Positions 46,000-60,052 are shown, numbered from the stretch's first letter. The stretch: DNA of 64,000 bases from Enoplolaimus lenunculus (GCA_030248215.1 JASANG010002792.1:558001-622000); one strand, 5' to 3'. The notes: generated from the sequence alone by a model not told the origin. Numbers and translations are program-made.

Positions 46000-48900
46000 C
46001 CCGACAGAATGATAGCATGCTGGGTTTTCGAATGTCTTTTTCTCAGCGTACCTGATTTGTAGTTTGTTCTGAAACTAGGTTTCTTGTGTGCTTTTTAACA
46101 TATTTGCTCTGAATAATATCCTTGCAAGCAGAGTAGAATAATGGGTAATTTTCAAGGACCTTTGTTATGTTATGATAATATGTTGTTGCCTTCTTTGGTT
46201 TATATAATTGCTTTCGTTGATGCAAATGTGGTTTATCCTTTTAATAAAACCCGGGGTGTTCGGCAAACGAGCGCTTCGGACTTAAACTTAAACTTCCTAC
46301 ACAAAATGTCTTTGAAAAACCTGTCATAATTCAAAAATTTAAATTTCAAATTCTAGTATCATATGATATTCAACAGGACAATTTGGGTATGTTACCTCAA
46401 GTATGCAGACATTTGAAAATATATATCATGATATCCGCTGACAATACGTCGAATATCATGATATTGAAGGGCAAAAGGTGACCTATACATGATGATAGCA
46501 GACAAATACGACGTTTGGAATAAGACATTGGGTCTATTAGCAGACAAAATGTTACCCAATAGGCTAATAGGGACAAAACGTATCCCAAACTGCCCTGGTG
46601 CCCTGGTTATAACGTGATACCCGCATTAGTGTGCTCCTTCCAGCTAAGTCGATACGAGCGATTTTCTTTCTACAACTGACAGTTCCAAGCTGAAATTAGA
46701 TGTCAGGGCTTATATAAACGCTGGTTCCCAAGTTCAAATTAGGTGTTGGGTCTTCCACGCCACCCAAGATGTTGTCAACAAAGACTCGCTTATTTCAAAG
46801 CGCTATCGCCCGCAACAAAAACTTATTAATTTCTCCAACGTCAAGCATCCACGTAATAATGCGCGCATAGTTGTAAATAATTGTCTACCCACCCCCTTAG
46901 GACCAGTGTTTAAAACGATGCTATAACGAGGGCCTGATGACAATACACACACTGTACTTAGAGAGTCGGGTTTTGTCCTGACAGTGTTCCGAGGGAGTTA
47001 AACGAGTCCCTCGATAGGGACTACTGACAAAACGCACTCTCGCTCAAGCGTTGTTTCTACGAAATAAATTCTAATTTTTTGTGCATAACTTCTGCTAAAA
47101 CAAATGTACAACAATAGTTTTGTTTTTTCGGCATTTTTTATTTTTTGTTTTTTGGGCATTTTGTTTTCTTGCCCAGATTTTTTGGGCTATGCCTCTTTTA
47201 GCCCAATGCCGCATTTTAGCCCATTATATATCCGTCTTATGGTCAATTGTATTTACTTGATGCGAATCTAGAGAAACCCGACATTTTTACAGTTTTACAA
47301 AGTTTTATCTGAAATTTCCCGATATTGTGTGTTTGGTTTTTACTTTTAGCCATAAAAAATAGGAGTAACAAGTGCGGCGAAAATGAAAGCTTATAAGATC
47401 AAACCTGAGTCAGTGGCCCAATTTTTTTGAAGCCGCAGTATATTGAAGTCTGGACCGAAATAATGAGATCAGAAGCTATACTACGTACCTGTTACTCCGA
47501 AGGAAGAACAGATACATACAAAGAAAATATATGAACATAAACATACAGTTTATAAAATACAAATAAGTACACAATATTGACGACACACCTGATTTTACCT
47601 GCAACCCCCATGGCAGTTTTTAAAGATTATTCTGAGGTTCTAATGTATTCAGTAAACCTGGCTACACCCATTACTGCTTACGACTCATGAAAAACGGTAT
47701 AAGGCACTATCAAGGGAATTCTCCCAAAAAACTAGAAACTCAAACCCCTCCTTCCCAAAATCCAGGCAAGGGTACCAACAATACCCGATACGAGGTATAT
47801 ATAAAAGAAAGGCACACGCAACTTACTTTATCTCTACAAAACTGACCATAATTTATTATATTTACATGCGTACATACGTATACAGTCAGCAGCCCGCCAC
47901 AGATATGACAATTCACAGCCTGACCACGGTGAAAAAATTGAGCAACATTTTAACCTAAAATAAGTACAGTATCAAAGCTGGTTTGGAGTACACCACAGCG
48001 AGTGATGCACACACGAGCTATCCAATACGTACTGTTCCAAAACACGGAAACCTGGAACATTCATATCCACAACCCATATACGTTCTCCAATAAAAATGTC
48101 TTCAAAAACATTTTCAGTAACTCTCCCTTGGTGTCAGTACACTCGCGGGGTAGACGGTTGATTATACAGGCAAACACTTCCTCCCTGCTGTTTAAACCAT
48201 TACTATGAATCGTTGCATTCCCATTCAACGCGTTTATAGAGCTAAAATGAAATAACCAAACTTAGCACTTTTTTGAAAGAAACACTTTCAATTCACCAGG
48301 TTTCCGTAATAAATAAGCCCGGTACAAATTTTATGGAAAAACTTCAACTTTTGCATGCAAGATTGACTTCTGGGCCACTTTCATTTCCATGATATATACT
48401 ATACCGATAAGATGGAGCGGCTGTGGTTTACAATTCACTGGTTATATTTAAGAACCTTAAACTTCGTCTTTGTTCCGCAGAAAGATAGTCCGTAGCATAG
48501 GTTTCTTCATAACAGATTGACAGCTCCGTTGTGACCATGACGCCTCGTCTGATATGCGATGTATTCTTGTAATGAGAGCCATAGTTTACCGTCGTCGTAC
48601 AATAGCTGTGTTCTGGATACATTATGGCTACGTTTAATACAGTACCACGTTTGGCTTACTTTAAGAATCACGATTCTGTCACATAAATTGCACTACATGT
48701 CTTTCAGTGAAGTCAGAATAGCTGTAATAGAGCGTTCACCTTGAGCAAAATATAGGCAACCACAACCCATCTTTTGCACAGATTTTTCTTAAACACTGAC
48801 TGAATTAAGAGACCTGAGTAAAAAATTTTCAGTGTCTGCTCGCGTTATACCCACCATATTTTCTAGGTAAGTTAGGGTACATCAACCTTTAAATTTTGGA

Positions 48901-51629
48901 TTACATCCTCTTTAAAAACACACACAGATTCACGATTACTCCGAATTCTATGTAGTATATCACAAACACCTTCGAACCGAGCAGCTATCAGCCGTTCTAA
49001 AAATTGAATAGGGAAAGTTTTTTCAGTCCGTTTGGCCAAAAGCATCTCCTGCTCCCACCTTCCCTCCCGCTTAGTCTCAAAATTTCGCTATGTATGCATA
49101 ATAAACGTTTAGCGACAAAAATAGATGCATTACAACTTATTCATTTGCGCAGATGCAAGGCTTAACCGCTAGTAACTTAATGTAAATTTCAACCCCTTCT
49201 TTTTCGGTTGCGTGTGCGAAACCTGGAATTTGCAAAATACAGTCTACACAAGCAATACAAAAAACTACTATGGTATACAACAATGTATATAATGTATACA
49301 TGCTGATAACAGCACAAGACACGTATTTATACACACATAGGTCTATCATACTCGGATGAGCACAAAACTACACAAATTTGGTCCCTCTACAATAAAAGCA
49401 AGCTCTTAGCAACGACATGAGTAGGTTCTAGTTGGACATTTACGCTTCACGAACCGGGAAAAGCGTGATACATTTTGGCGTTGGAAAGAAGTTTCAAACA
49501 GAAATACAAAATAATTAGTTTTTTCAGCCGATTTGGCCATACTATTACCTGTACCCCTCCCTCCCTCGCGTAATTGCTTCTTGAATTTTCGTCAAAAACG
49601 GCGTACAAAACAAATACTGTGTTTTTTGTTTAAAAATAACGCCAAATTGCAAAACATTGATTTTTGCACAAAGCATTGCTGCGTAAAGCAGGTTGTAGAT
49701 CAAAATTTTGTTACACACGTATGTACACGGAACGTATACTACGTAATATGCATTCAGTAACAGTACACAACCACATTGAGCTAACTACACATAATAATAC
49801 GTATATATTCAGCAATAATACACAGGATCATAAAAAGTACAAAATACGGCTATCGTATTATTACAGCAGTTGAAAACACTGCTCATAACGTGAGCCCCCA
49901 GCTAAATCAACTCCTTCTAAACAGCAGCGTGCAAAACAGAACTGGATTATACCTGAATCAGATTCGGAACAGCAAATTTATACCGGAAACGGAATTAGAA
50001 CTAGAAATTTTGTGACTATGCGGACAATTATTATTTATAACAAGTATAATATTGATTTAGTTAAAATTAAACGGAATCGGAATTCCGGTTGCACCATGCT
50101 TACCAAGGTGCAAAAACTAGGTTATATCGTAATCACAAGAGCAATTATAAATCGGAATCGAACCAGAAATTTTTGAGTGTTTAAAATCTTACCGAAAACG
50201 TAAGAAAATTGGGACGGAGAGCAACGAAAAGCTGTAAACATGCAGAAACTACCAACCGCGATCGAAGTGCTCAGCGAGATCGAGAACAAAAAGAAACACT
50301 TAGTTTAAAGCCGAAAAGCGGAATTGGAATTAGACTTCCGTTTGCGCCCTGTATTTACCTAAATAAACCCCCGCCACCGAGCCCTGTCTTAAAAACAATG
50401 TAATAAACAGTCACATTGTGACTGTCACGTTTACTAGCTATGCAAGCTTGTTTAAGTACACAGAAGACAATCAATAAAAACAATTATTTATAAGAATAAG
50501 GAAAATAATTAGCATAAATTTTAAATCATGATCTTGAAGATGTGTTTTTCACGAAAACCTAGGTCATTGGGAGCCATGATTCTTAAATCCACGTAACGCC
50601 TATCGTTGTTAGCAATAGATTATAAAACAAAGGAACTATAAACGTCTAGTAGTCTGAAAATAGACGTAGATTTATCGCTTGCTGCTTATTTTAGAAATCA
50701 TCAAAAGGTGGTATACGCTTTACACATTTTTTATAATAGGAGCCTATATTTTAAAATGAGGTCAAATATGTGTCGTACCTAATATTTTAAAATGAGGTCC
50801 AATGGCTGTAGTACCTATCGGCAGTTGGTGATATGCCTGGTCAGTTTGGACTCAGTGTATGGGCGAGCTTTGAAATTCTGCTACGTGCAATAGATTTTAA
50901 AATGAGATATACCAAATCCGTTTTTTGCCATACCCCGTTTGGTATACGCACAAACGTAATATACCAAAAGGGGTGTTTAACTGCTAACTTTGTTAATCAG
51001 AGATTAATACTACAGCAACGGTTTTGAAGCAGTTGCGATAGCTATTATTAGTTTTTTGCTACCCTTCCTCTTCGTTTCATGTTCGTCATACGTACAGTGC
51101 TTCTTAAATTCATGCTGTTCAGTTTTTTGCTCAAGTTGCAACGCCAGTGTTGTAATTTTTTGTTCCAGAGTTCGCCTGAATCTTGTGCTAACTTACGCGA
51201 TTTGCATGCAAGTCGGACTGCGGCGCCCTTTTACAGTTACTTTCTATGTAAATATCGTTATGTTTCTGCTCAAACATAGCTATTGACCTGCTGAACTCCA
51301 GTTTCATCTTTGGTCATTACAGCGATAAAATCATCGGTTGTATAGCCGTTATAATCGTATAAGCATTATCCAAGGTTACGGTTTCGGCAACCTTACCTGT
51401 TTGAAAACTCGCTGTTGATAATTTTACGCTTATCCAATTTCGTTTTGCGAAGTTGTTATTACTATATGATTTTTATCCCATTTCAGCCAGCCACATAGCC
51501 TTGAGAGATATCTTTGGAGTCTCACAAGGGCGTCAACGTCTAAATACCAGGGAGACCAATAGACCATACATGTGACACATATTCCATTATTAAGCGTACA
51601 TAAACCATATGGCTCATATTACTTTCAGG

Positions 51630-52320
51630 GGCGTCCCGTTTTTCCGCGAGACGGCGATAATGCCGTAGAGCAGCATTTGCTACTCCGGTTTGTGCATATG
51701 CGAAGATTATTAAACTTTGTTGTTGCAGCCTGTTGATAAAATCAATCTCAACAAAAAATATTGCTGTCCCGTTTTCCGTTTTTTCTGCGGAAATATATAG
51801 CTCTCTCTTTTTCTGTTTCCCAAAGAAAGCTTGTTGTTGCAAGGGCGACCACACGGGGGGTCATTGAGTGGCTGTCCTTTCGAATTTAGTTGGCCCCACT
51901 CCCAAATAGACTCAGGCCAGACCCGGCGAACATTTGCATCTGTCCCGTTTATTATTTGCCAGAAACAGACCTGCCCCGTTTTCCCAGTGAAAAATTGCAG
52001 CACTCCCGTTTTCCCATTTGCTCGAAACAGTCCTATTCCATTGTCTCGTTTTTCCAGCGAACATTTGCAGCTGTTCCGTTTTCCCATTTGCTCGAAACAA
52101 ACCTGTCCCGTTTTTCCATTTGCTCGAAGCAAACCTTTCCCGTTTTCCCATTTGCCGGAAACAGGCCTGTCCCATGAATATAGGCCAATGAAATTTCTAG
52201 TTTTCTGAAGCAAACTTTATGCTTGTTATTTTTCGTACTAAACCAGGCGAGTCGGCCGTCATACATGAGTGGCTGCGCTGCACTCCTGGTCATAAGTTTT
52301 CCACCCTGGAAAACTGGAAG
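51630..52320. repeat. Composite dispersed repeat with ~31-bp tandem array (ctgtcccgttttcccatttgctcgaaacaaac)
   Basis: Tandem units at 51935-52175; left part matches 4885-5230; right part is the reverse complement of 17180-17305. Confidence 0.7.
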
Positions 52321-53220
52321 TCAAAATCTCATAAACTTTAAGGTGAATGTGCTATTTTTAAAAAAACTTCAGAATGGTTGCTATGCAAGAAATTTATTAT
52401 CTTCTAAACCTTAGATATCTGTTTTTGTTATTTTAGTCACTATTCATTTCCGTTAAATTTTACTATCTGTTTACTCTCTACGCCTGCACTACGCTAGTGC
52501 AACCTTTAACGACCCAACAAATACATAATTACCAAAGTCTAAATACAACAGTGAAGTGAATAAATGTCACATACGGTTAATGATAATATTTTTGACATCC
52601 AGTTACTCGAGGGCTTCCTAAATTTTTATAATCTACCAAACTTCTTTTTTGCTGGTGCAATAAACAGGAGTAAAAAGTTATCAATTTTCATATTTATATA
52701 TGTATTGCACGTGTTACCAAAATGGTTATCGTTTTCCTAATTTTTGTGTTTATCACATCTTAGTTGCAGCTAGCGTTAAAAGAAAAGGTACGTATATACC
52801 ATCTTATCGCAAGAATTTGAGATATGGTGGAAGGTGGTTTTGGGACTTTGGGATGTCGGGATCAGAGATGCAAGAGGTAAAGATTTTTATCCGCGCTGCG
52901 CTTTAACCCGTGCAAATTTTATTTTTTAACCGCGGTATACCCGCGCAAACTTCCTTTGCCCACTACCTGCCTTTACCGCCCTTATTTTTCTCCTGTGTTC
53001 AATACAGTTGTGTAATTTTAGTGAATAGATCTTAGTCACTTGATTAACGTTACAAACAACTCTTTATTGGTAACTTTGAAAACAAACTTTAGAGTAAACG
53101 ATGTAAACGTCGGATCATATTGCACATTATTCCTATCACCGGTAAAACTAGGTCGTTTGCAATGGGCGATCATGATTAGTGGATCAAACGTTCTTGTCTG
53201 TGCGATACCATTGTAGTTAA

Positions 53221-53401
53221 GGCCAATGTAAAGAAACGGGACGGAACAGTATTATAAGCATATTGCTAAGCCTAAGTCCAAGAATACGCATATTCCTAAA
53301 CCTAAGCCTAAACCTAAGCTAAGCAAAAGATGAGTCTAAAGCAAGCTTACTCTTTTCTAGTCCCACAGAAAAAGTTCCGCCCACTGATTTTTACATGGAC
53401 C
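53221..53401 (+). mobile_element. Telomere-repeat-containing MITE, full copy
   Basis: taa|ggccaatgtaaagaaacgggacggaac ... gttccgcccactgatttttacatggacc; internal cctaaacctaagcctaaacctaag. Confidence 0.65.
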
Positions 53402-53749
53402 GTAGTTAAGATCGTATTATCACATACTACTTTATTTTATGGTTTCATCGCAATTTGTATTGAAATTTGATTCAGAAAACTTGTGAACATATTCGAAGCC
53501 ACAGAAAAACAACCTGTATAGAAACAGCGGAGAATGCCTCCAAATGTTATATGATAAGATGTATTGTTTCAAGCCAAGAAAAATATAACCTCTATAGGAA
53601 CAGCGGAGAATGCTTCCAAATGTTACATGATAAGCTGTACTCTAAAAATTTCTGTTGAAATGTGTGTAATAATTTAGCCAGAACTATAATCTTAAGAGCT
53701 AGCGGTATTTGTGAGGACACTAGCTACGGTGGCGTGCAGCTCTTGTAGG

Positions 53750-54015
53750 TGTATGGTCTAAGATGGATTTTTGGGATTTCGAGGTATGGTCAAATGGGAT
53801 TTTGGAATTTCGGTTTATGGCCGAAGGTGAGTTTTGGTATTTCGGGTTATAGTCAAAGGTGGGATTTTGGGATTTTGGGATTTCGGGATGTGGTCGAAGG
53901 TGGTGATTTTGGGATTTCGGGATATGGTCGAATGTGGGATTTTGAGATTTTGAGCGTTCGAAATACGGTCGAAGGTGGGACTTTGTTATTTTGTATTTCG
54001 ACATGTGTCGAAGGT
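53750..54015. repeat. About 32-bp tandem repeat (ggtcgaaggtgggattttgggatttcgggatat)
   Basis: Seven to eight degenerate units; an inverted unit lies at about 54722-54757 and a similar unit at about 52820-52860. Confidence 0.75.
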
Positions 54016-54023
54016 GTAATGCT

Positions 54024-54692
54024 CCTAAAGCCTACGCCTAAACCGAAACCTAAGCCTAAGACTAAGCCTAAGCCTAAACCTAAACCTAAACCCATACCTA
54101 AGGCTAAGCCTGAGTCTGAGCCTAAGGTTTAACCCATGAGTCATTTAAGATTTAATCTTTGTTTAAACCGAAGCCTATTAATAAACCTTTAAAGCCTAAG
54201 CCTAAGCCTAAGGTTAGTCCAAAGTCATTTAAGATCTAATCTAAACCAAACATATTTATAGAGCGTCTGCCTCAGCCTAAACCTAAGCCTATGCCATTTA
54301 CGATCCAATTCTACTTAAACCAAAGCCTTCAGCTAAGCCTTAGCCTAAGGATTAGTCAAGGAGTCTTTTAAGATTTAATCTTTGTTTTACCCTATTTCTA
54401 AAGCCTCAGCATATGCCTAAACCTAAAGATTTAGCCCAAGGGTCATTTAATATCTAATCTACCTTTAAACCAAAGCTTATTCCTGAAGCCTCTGCCTAAG
54501 CCTATGCCATGTATGGTGTAATCTGTGTTATAAAGCCTGCTTCTAAACCCTAAGCATAATCCTAAGCCCAAGTCTAAGCCTAAAACGACGCCTTGCTTAA
54601 TCCTAAACCTAAGACGGACCCTTGCCGAATCCCTAGCCTAATCTTGAGATAAAGGATTGCCCAATCTTAAACCTGATCCTAGGCCTAAGCCC
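54024..54692. repeat. Degenerate interstitial telomere-like (GCCTAA)n array with ~110-bp higher-order units
   Basis: Dense cctaagcctaaacctaag runs interleaved with repeated agtcatttaagat(t/c)taatct blocks. Confidence 0.75.
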
Positions 54693-55484
54693 AACGAGTT
54701 GTTTGCAATAATTTCTATTCAAATCACTAAATCCCGAAATCCCAAAATCCCACCACAAACAAAAGCTATCAAATTTTTAGCTGGGACGGTGGGATCGTGG
54801 GACGGCAGTAAAGTATAAATGGGCCGAAATAATGTAACGACTTCATTATAAGCTAATTACCTAGAATGAAATGATGTTAAAACTAAAATTTTATGATAAA
54901 AATATTAAAAATAAATGTAACCCAGCCTGCTCACTAAAGAAGACTAAGCCAAGGTTTATCTATTTAGTTTAGTAAGCAGATGCGACTAAAAGAAAACAAC
55001 TGCGCTTTATAAGTGAAATTTTGTTAGTGAGACGTGCAGCCATTTGCCGGAGAGATATATTCATGTACCGATTCATGAGTAGCAGGGTGCAACTGAAGGA
55101 GAAAAATACCAAACCAAAGCAGGAGGTCAACAAAAGTTGCCGGATCCGGAAGTGACGCAAAAAAAGAGGACCGCCGCGTAAGAATGGGTTTTTTACCGGA
55201 ACTAAAATATAAGCTCCATTGTTTTTTACCACGTTTCGTAGAACTATTTTTAAACCTCGATAACTATGCTAAAAAGTTGAAAAAATGCCAGACGACAAGA
55301 TATTAACAATTTCAAAAATAAACAAAATTCTGAAGAAGCTACCCTGAAAACACAGTGCTTTTATAAGAGATGGCCTATAGGCCGTCTCAAAAATTACTAA
55401 AATCAGAACATTTACGCTGTTAAAAATAAACAAAATCTGCAAATCTTTATTTCTAACAAAAATTTTAGGATGAAACTTTCAGAA

Positions 55485-55552
55485 GTCCCGGCGCGAGTTG
55501 AACCTAGAGGGTCTAGGTGCCAGTCAAACTGCTAACCAACTACACTACAGAC
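55485..55552 (-). repeat. Degenerate tRNA-derived SINE head
   Basis: Reverse complement contains A-box tagtgtagttgg and B-box ggttcaactcg; stems are broken. Confidence 0.4.
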
Positions 55553-57107
55553 TTGTTTGCCTATTAAGTCAATTTATTGGGGTTCCGATTCTACAATGAG
55601 TTTTGCTTGAGTATTTAATCGGGTAAACAAAGGTTTTGCTTTTAGTTCAGCTCTCTGGAATGGAAATTTTTTGTTGAGTTTTAGTCAAAAAATTTGGAGC
55701 ATAAATCTTTGATCCAAAGAAAATATCTCCCCTTTTTTACCCAGCAACCCCCCGGAAAACGCTGTTCCTATTTTTGACTTTTATGTGGTAGCGGGTGTGG
55801 CTAATTTGTTTATCAGAATTCAATACATATGTCTATATATTATGCAGTTTAATAAAACAGGTAAACACCACTAACGGCATGCATACATATATTAGGTGCG
55901 CTGCACATATCTTTGATGCATTTCTGTTATTGTTGTTCCTCATTATACATTTAAATTTAACACTGAAAAAACAGTCTACTGTTATACCTGGCACCGTAGC
56001 ACAGTCGGTTAGCAGAGCTTCGATTCCAAATACGGACTTTGGTTTTTGAAATTGTTTTACAGTTCCGAAAGCACAAGTAATTCACGATAGCAAAGCGCGG
56101 TGAAATTTCTTTTAGACATTGAATTTTTGTTTAAAACCACTCAATGATTGTATTGGAGCGGATGCCTACTTTTATTGACTGGTGAGCAACGTTTGGTGAT
56201 AACGAACGGTTAATATTTCGATAGTTCCAAAATATTAGCTATTTGTACCATTTTAGAATTTGTCAACAAAATTGTTGGCTCTTGCATTCTTGTTTCCATA
56301 GTTTTGAAATTTTTAGATTTTGGTATATCATAAGTAGTCTTAAGGTTAGGCTTACGTTAAAGCTTAAGTTTATGCTTGTAAGAAAAATTGTGCGAGTAAT
56401 CAAGCGCATTTATTCTGCAAACGTTCAAATTGGACCGACTGTGTCTTCAATTAAAATAAATGTGTTGAAAGTAACGGTGAACGTATGAGATTTGTGAATT
56501 GTTTCTGGTAAGTGTGCCGACAGAAGTGCCCCTCAAAATCCCCATCAAACTAATTTTGTTGCGGACTACGATGTTATAGAGTTGTGAAACTTTTTATTGA
56601 AGTACTTCTCGGATCCGTTTATGGAGTCGGTTATCCTAACGCTCGTCTTGCCTTGCATTACATATATGGAATTGTTAGGTTAAAAGGCCAGGAAATTTGA
56701 TATCTTCTATCCATACTAATATATAGGCGAAAATTTACATCCTGCACACGTATTGGTTATGTTTTGGAAGATTTACGTCAATCAACTAAGATATTTCATA
56801 CAAGCATGTAATGGTACAGAATAGTATAAAAGCATAATATATAACGATGCATCTGTATGTTCTTTAAATTTAGGTGGGTTAATTCATACCGGTGAGCGCA
56901 CCTCGTCTCCCTGACCCTTTCAGGGGCTGCTTGTTATAAGAAATATAACATATTAATAAAATAATATGTAGGTACGCTTTTACAAAACGTAAATTTGTAC
57001 ATTTGTTACATATGCAAAGTTTACTGTAGTGACCCGAATAAGTGGGGGTAATATGAGGGGGTTGTTAATTTCAGTCCCAGCCAATAGGAGTCCGCATTTG
57101 TAATGGA

Positions 57108-57535
57108 GTTTTCGGTTATCCAACCCCTAGCTGGCATTTGCCCAAATATGGTTGGATTTTAAATTTTTCCCCATATTTGGGCTTCTCACGGCCTCCCTTG
57201 ATAATTCCATGTCCAAATTTGAACTGTTATATATTGGATTTTTTCAGGTCTTAAAAGCTAAACAAAAGAAATTGTCAAAAAGTTAGATAAATCACATAGC
57301 ATTCGACGCAGCATGCAGAGTTGAGTGGGATTGTTTTAAATTTTTCATAATCAGATGTGTATGTATATAATTTATCTAAGTTTTGGCAAAAAAAAATTTG
57401 GGTAACCTTCAGAACCTTACAAAATCGAATCTTTCAAAAATTCAAATTTAGGCATGGAATGATCACGGGAGGCCGTGAGAAGCCCAAATATGCAAAAAGT
57501 ATCAAAATCCGGCTGGGGGCGGATAACCAAAAATA
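57108..57535. mobile_element. MITE with long inverted arms
   Basis: catatttgggcttctcacggcctccc...ttccatg..aaatttgaa is inverted as ttcaaattt..catggaa...gggaggccgtgagaagcccaaatatg; partial copy at about 59550-59625. Confidence 0.65.
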
Positions 57536-58477
57536 CCCTACGTAATAAGAGTCCGTAAACGGATAAAGTCTCTACTCGATTTCAAAATGGGGGGGGGGGC
57601 AAAAGTTCACAGGTAATAAACTTATTTTTTCGTCCACACACAAACCACGATCCCCGCTGCCGTTACACCTGTACACGTGCCGCGTACATCCAAGAATTAT
57701 TTTCGGCTTATCAAAGCAAACGTTCAGTCCAAGATATCAAAGTATTATTTTGACGTCAGCGTGCAATTGTACTTTGTATACTTTCAGCGCTTTTGCCACT
57801 ATAGAGTGTAGTTTTGTTTATGTAAGATGTTAACATCTTGCATTGGTTGTATATACTGCTATAAATTTACTTTTCGGTGTATTAATTTCCGTTTTTCTTC
57901 TGCCACGTGATATTAAGAACGTAATACGCTTTTGTTTTCCAAAATGATATATTTCAAATGGCAACCGGATGTTAAAAATATCGTTGCCGAATCCGCAAAA
58001 TTTGAATTGATAAGAGCAGAGAAGGTAAGGGAAAATAAGGGAAAATAAAGGCAGTTAAGCATGACGTTACGTATCTGTACTTTTCACATTATCTGTGAAG
58101 TTTAGTCAAAATTTTGTTCTTCACCGCTTTTTAACAAATTTTCGGTAATTAATTAAAAATACTCAAAATTTTCCAGAAGCAATGATATAAATAAATCATT
58201 GTTGCTTGAATTGTGAGAAAACATTGCTCGGATTGTATGGCGTTAAAGGCAATGTGTCTAATTAAAGTATTGCTGACTTGACAAACGTATTTTTAAGCAA
58301 ATGTTCAACATTTTATAGCAATAGTTAAACTCAATTAATATATTAAATATATATACACTGCAACAAAAAATTAACTTTTAAATGTATCTTTTAATTGTCT
58401 GGATTAACCCATTTTAACGTAGAGTTGAACGTGACCAACACAGTACAATTTGCATCCGGTAAATATTTCATAGCGCG

Positions 58478-58645
58478 CACGGACCCGTAGCCAAACGGGA
58501 ACCCGGGGGGCTCAGCCTCCCCTGAAAGAATTTTGCCCCCCCCCCGCGCCTATGAAATTTTCAACCATACTTGTAAACCATCGAAAACCCTTCTATGCCC
58601 CTCCTGAAAAAGTTTCAGCCCCAAGGTAAGTTGGCTACAGGCCTG
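58478..58645. mobile_element. Small TIR MITE (cacggacccgtagccaa...ttggctacaggcctg)
   Basis: Imperfect TIRs; related ends at 22-70 and about 61170-61206 share ggggctcagcccc or gctacgagcccg. Confidence 0.5.
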
Positions 58646-60052
58646 AGCCTATAAATTTAATAAATGCAACCCATATACATAGTACTAAATCACCCCAACA
58701 TGTGAGAACCCCTTAACATACACGTGGGATTTGAAGTTGTCTGCAAGTGGAAAATTTTCCGTCACGAGTTGAGCCACCAGGTCCTCATAAAATGTTGAAG
58801 ATTAACATTTATAACATGATAATTATTTTCAAACATTTTCTAGAAAGGGTACGATTGACCGTTAGAGCAGTAAGAACCCTTTGTGTCGCCCCTTTGGTTT
58901 TACCATAAAATAGTTTCGATACACCGAGATAAGGTCATGCAAAATTCACGTGTCGATCTACAGCGAAGTAACCTGAATTTTGGTCCATATTGTGTTTATT
59001 ATATTATAAATATTGGAGCTATAATAAACCTAAAATTTCAATTACACAAAAACAAATTATTTTATTGACTTTTTAGAGTAAGACTGTATCTTATCCATCC
59101 GGCCGACGGACAGCTATGCCCTAGTAACCTTGTTTAGTTTATGGTTTTTGATATTTGTAAACTAAATCGTTTAGTTTGTTGACAAAAGTGTAAACAGGTT
59201 AGTATAGAGCGATTAATCTAAAAAAAATCTGCCCACCCTAATCTTGCAGTAATACTTAAAGCATCTATGGAAAACACGTTTGTTTAGATTTATTGGTATA
59301 AACTAAACGATTAAGAGTTTATGTGGCGTGAGATGCCTTTGCATTTTGTTTACACAAATTAGTATATACTAAGAGCCTGAACCCTCGCGGGTTTTCGCCC
59401 TTATACCCCAAAGATAATGTTTGCTCAGCGGATTTTAGTATTTTTTCATATTTGAGCTTCTGATGATCTCTCCTGATATACAATTTTACAACTTTGAGTT
59501 TGTGAAAAATTTCATTTTTCAACTCTGTGCGACCTTCGTTTAGTATAAATTCAAATTTGTTTGGGAAATGATCGTGGGAGGTTATAGAAGGTCAAATATG
59601 CAAAAAAGTTTCAAAATCCGGCTATTAATAGGACAACAGCTGCTGCGGTAGAGGGATAAAAGTGAAAAGACTTTGAGTCTTTACCCTATTCATCCGTGTA
59701 GAAAAGAATGTACCCGGCACGTGTTGCGTTTTTGCCCTGCCCTTCCTTTATTTAGAGGGGTGTACAACCGGTGCGAACAATGGCACTTTATATATGCCGC
59801 CAAACATGCTCCCCTTATAGGTTAATTTAGGGGTTTTTATGTGATAGCGTCCCCAAAAAAACGCAACGCCCGGTGGTAGATTTGGTACCATACGAGACCC
59901 CACGAGTTGCACACTCTTGTCATTATTCACTGTTTTTATATGCATGGGTGTTGGGCATTATTAATATAAGCTTGAACATTAAAATTACTAAAAAAAATAT
60001 CATAATCACATTCGATTTACGGCAAAATACTAATCTAATGATTTTCGAAAAT

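Larger units (their letters stand above)
40253..46249 (+). mobile_element. Full-length L1/Tx1-clade non-LTR retrotransposon
   Basis: Two intact ORFs separated by 54 nt; 3' UTR ends in AATAAAA (46243-46249); candidate TSD CCCGGGG at 40246-40252 and 46250-46256. The ends are inferred from this TSD. Confidence 0.88.

Noticed and set aside
46930..47070. Hammerhead ribozyme core CTGATGA
   Set aside because: No stem II followed by GAAA at a suitable spacing.
47870..48740. Possible minus-strand exons with open frames and splice-like signals
   Set aside because: No recognisable protein and no phase-consistent model; cannot be supported without RNA data.
51710..52293. Regularly spaced ~31-bp repeats with ORFs, superficially CRISPR-like
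   Set aside because: Tandem units without unique spacers, no cas genes, eukaryotic context.
53749..54132. ORF with PKPKPK tail
   Set aside because: Translation of (GCCTAA)n and the 32-bp tandem repeat.
57944..58024. ATG-initiated 27-codon segment ending at a strong AAG|gtaagg donor
   Set aside because: No compatible downstream acceptor into the PMT frame was found.
40169..58716. Large piggyBac-like element bounded by ttaaccctttctcacatg and catgtgagaaccccttaa
   Set aside because: The terminal bases do not match as a TIR (aggg expected, cccc seen); likely coincidence.
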